Positions 62,561-64,000 of a stretch of DNA of 64,000 nucleotides are shown one piece after another (the stretch's first letter is position 1; the number at the start of each line of letters is the position of its first letter). Under the pieces are notes generated by a model. It worked only from the letters and a program-made list of their open reading frames with translations, made no database searches and was not told the origin of the DNA. A program made the translations under genes and the position numbers. Source of the DNA: Octopus sinensis (lineage: Eukaryota). Location: contig NC_042999.1 in NCBI RefSeq assembly GCF_006345805.1, forward strand, positions 158,286,001-158,350,000. Reading direction: 5' to 3'.

Positions 62561-64000
62561 ACTTTTCTCTTTAAGGGCGATTTTTGATATTTAAAATTCA
62601 ATATTTAACAATTCAGAACAAAGAAAACTACATGGCTTTCTAGATCGAGCGAAGTGATGACTGTTTGAACAGCCATTATCTTCCCACCATTAGTTGATAT
62701 GACCGAGGGACAAATCGCAGCCAACAACAACAACAATAACAACAACAGCAACAACAACAACAACAACAACAACAGAAGCAGCAGCAGTAGCAGTGACGAG
62801 TAGGAAAAAATTAGAAATGACACAAACATGATCTTCAAAACCTTTCCCCACCGCTACCCCCAACAGAAACGTGAACAGAATAGAAGCAGTGGCCGTACTT
62901 ATTTCTAAAAGAAATTGGAAACGGTTTTGCACGAGCATGTCGTCGACTAGTGAAAGATGAAATGCCAGAAAAGACGTTGAACAACGCCAAAGCACACTTA
63001 ACAAAGAATGGCAGAATAGCATTTTTAAACACGCCACAGAAACTGCAGGAAGATACTAGAAGAAATACTACCACATACAAATGTATTTCAGCAAAAACCG
63101 GGAGACTGGAGCGAGTGACGCAAACTCAGATTGAAAATGCTTAAGACCAGTTTCAGGGATACAAACTAATTTTGCCCGTGGAAAACACTTTGGCACATTT
63201 GAAGTAAGATTCAGCAAAGGTATCACCAGAAGTGGACATCTCTTTGCCAGTGGCAGCTATATACGACATCTTTATATATAAAAGAGAGGTTGTGTGCTGT
63301 CTGTCTCCTACGATTTAGATTCCTAACTACTCCCACGTTTTGCGGTGCAGTTTAACCAAAACCGGGTATCTTATAGTCGTGATTCATATCGAGCCCTTCT
63401 GGTATTAGCGCGCGTCTACGATGAGTCTACGATTTAAAAAAAAGTTTACCATCAATTTTCCCCATTTTTAATGCATTTTTGGCATATATAAGGGAAGTAA
63501 CTCTCTAAAAATTTATTATTAAATCTCAGAACGTAAAAAGCTACAGTAACACCACCCCCCTTTGTGGTTAGCCATATTGAGATGGCTATTATACTTTACA
63601 TCCATAAAAATGCTTATATAGTTATTTCCCTTACAAACCCGAGCAACGCCGGGCGATACTGCTAGTAGAGAATAAAACAATAATTCTCCAAGTGAACAAA
63701 ATGGGAAAGGAAAATTAGTAAGGCAAGGGAATAGAATTATCAATACAGACCGATCAGGAGGTATCGAAGCTAATCTTGATCTGAATGACCGTAATGGTAC
63801 ATCGTTATTCGTAGCAGTAGAAGGCCAGGGATTCCACATGTGTAGCGACACAAATCACTTAAAGGCTTTCTGGCAAAGAAATGGAAAGCCACCGCTGCTG
63901 CAGATACCTCTAAGCACTACAACAATATCAGTACAAAAAGCAACAGCAGCATCACCAACAACACCATCACCAACAGCAACAGTGTCAAGAACGGCAGCAG
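62560..64000 (+). pseudogene. Third decayed ORF1-like remnant with poly-Q/N tract, split by Helitron H4
   Basis: KLQEDTRRNTTTYKCIS..HFGTFEVRF, and after H4 SLFVAVEG..HMCSDTNHLKAF (degenerate knuckle). Confidence 0.5.
63269..63665 (+). mobile_element. Non-autonomous Helitron (H4)
   Basis: A|TC...CCCGAGCAACGCCGGGCGATACTG-CTAG|T; very similar to H2. Confidence 0.92.

Overview
This 64-kb window is AT-rich, non-genic eukaryotic DNA made almost entirely of transposable-element remnants and microsatellites. The repeat families and very high microsatellite density look like an octopus (coleoid cephalopod) genome; this is inference from pattern recognition, not a database result. I found no supportable host protein-coding exon, and there is a 100-N assembly gap at 42475-42574. 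Retroelements: four tRNA-derived SINE families (called A, B, C, F here), about 12 remnants of REL-endonuclease non-LTR elements (R4/Dong-like, two with long open frames), L1/Tx1-like ORF1 and ORF2 remnants, and Penelope-like (PLE) fragments. DNA elements: four non-autonomous Helitrons, a Helitron helicase fragment, a mariner remnant, and two MITEs with 8-bp TSDs. The strongest signal is a set of minimal type-I hammerhead-ribozyme folds in (TA)n-embedded PLE-like terminal repeats, whose core 3:8 pair covaries (C:G, G:C, U:A). Also notable: element families partition by microsatellite type, a ~540-bp (AAT)n-embedded retroposon has no Pol III boxes, an ORF1-only element has a candidate promoter and leader intron, there is a perfect 178-bp palindrome, and there is a locally templated 243-bp insertion. 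All alignments and folds were done by eye. Boundaries without TSDs are approximate.
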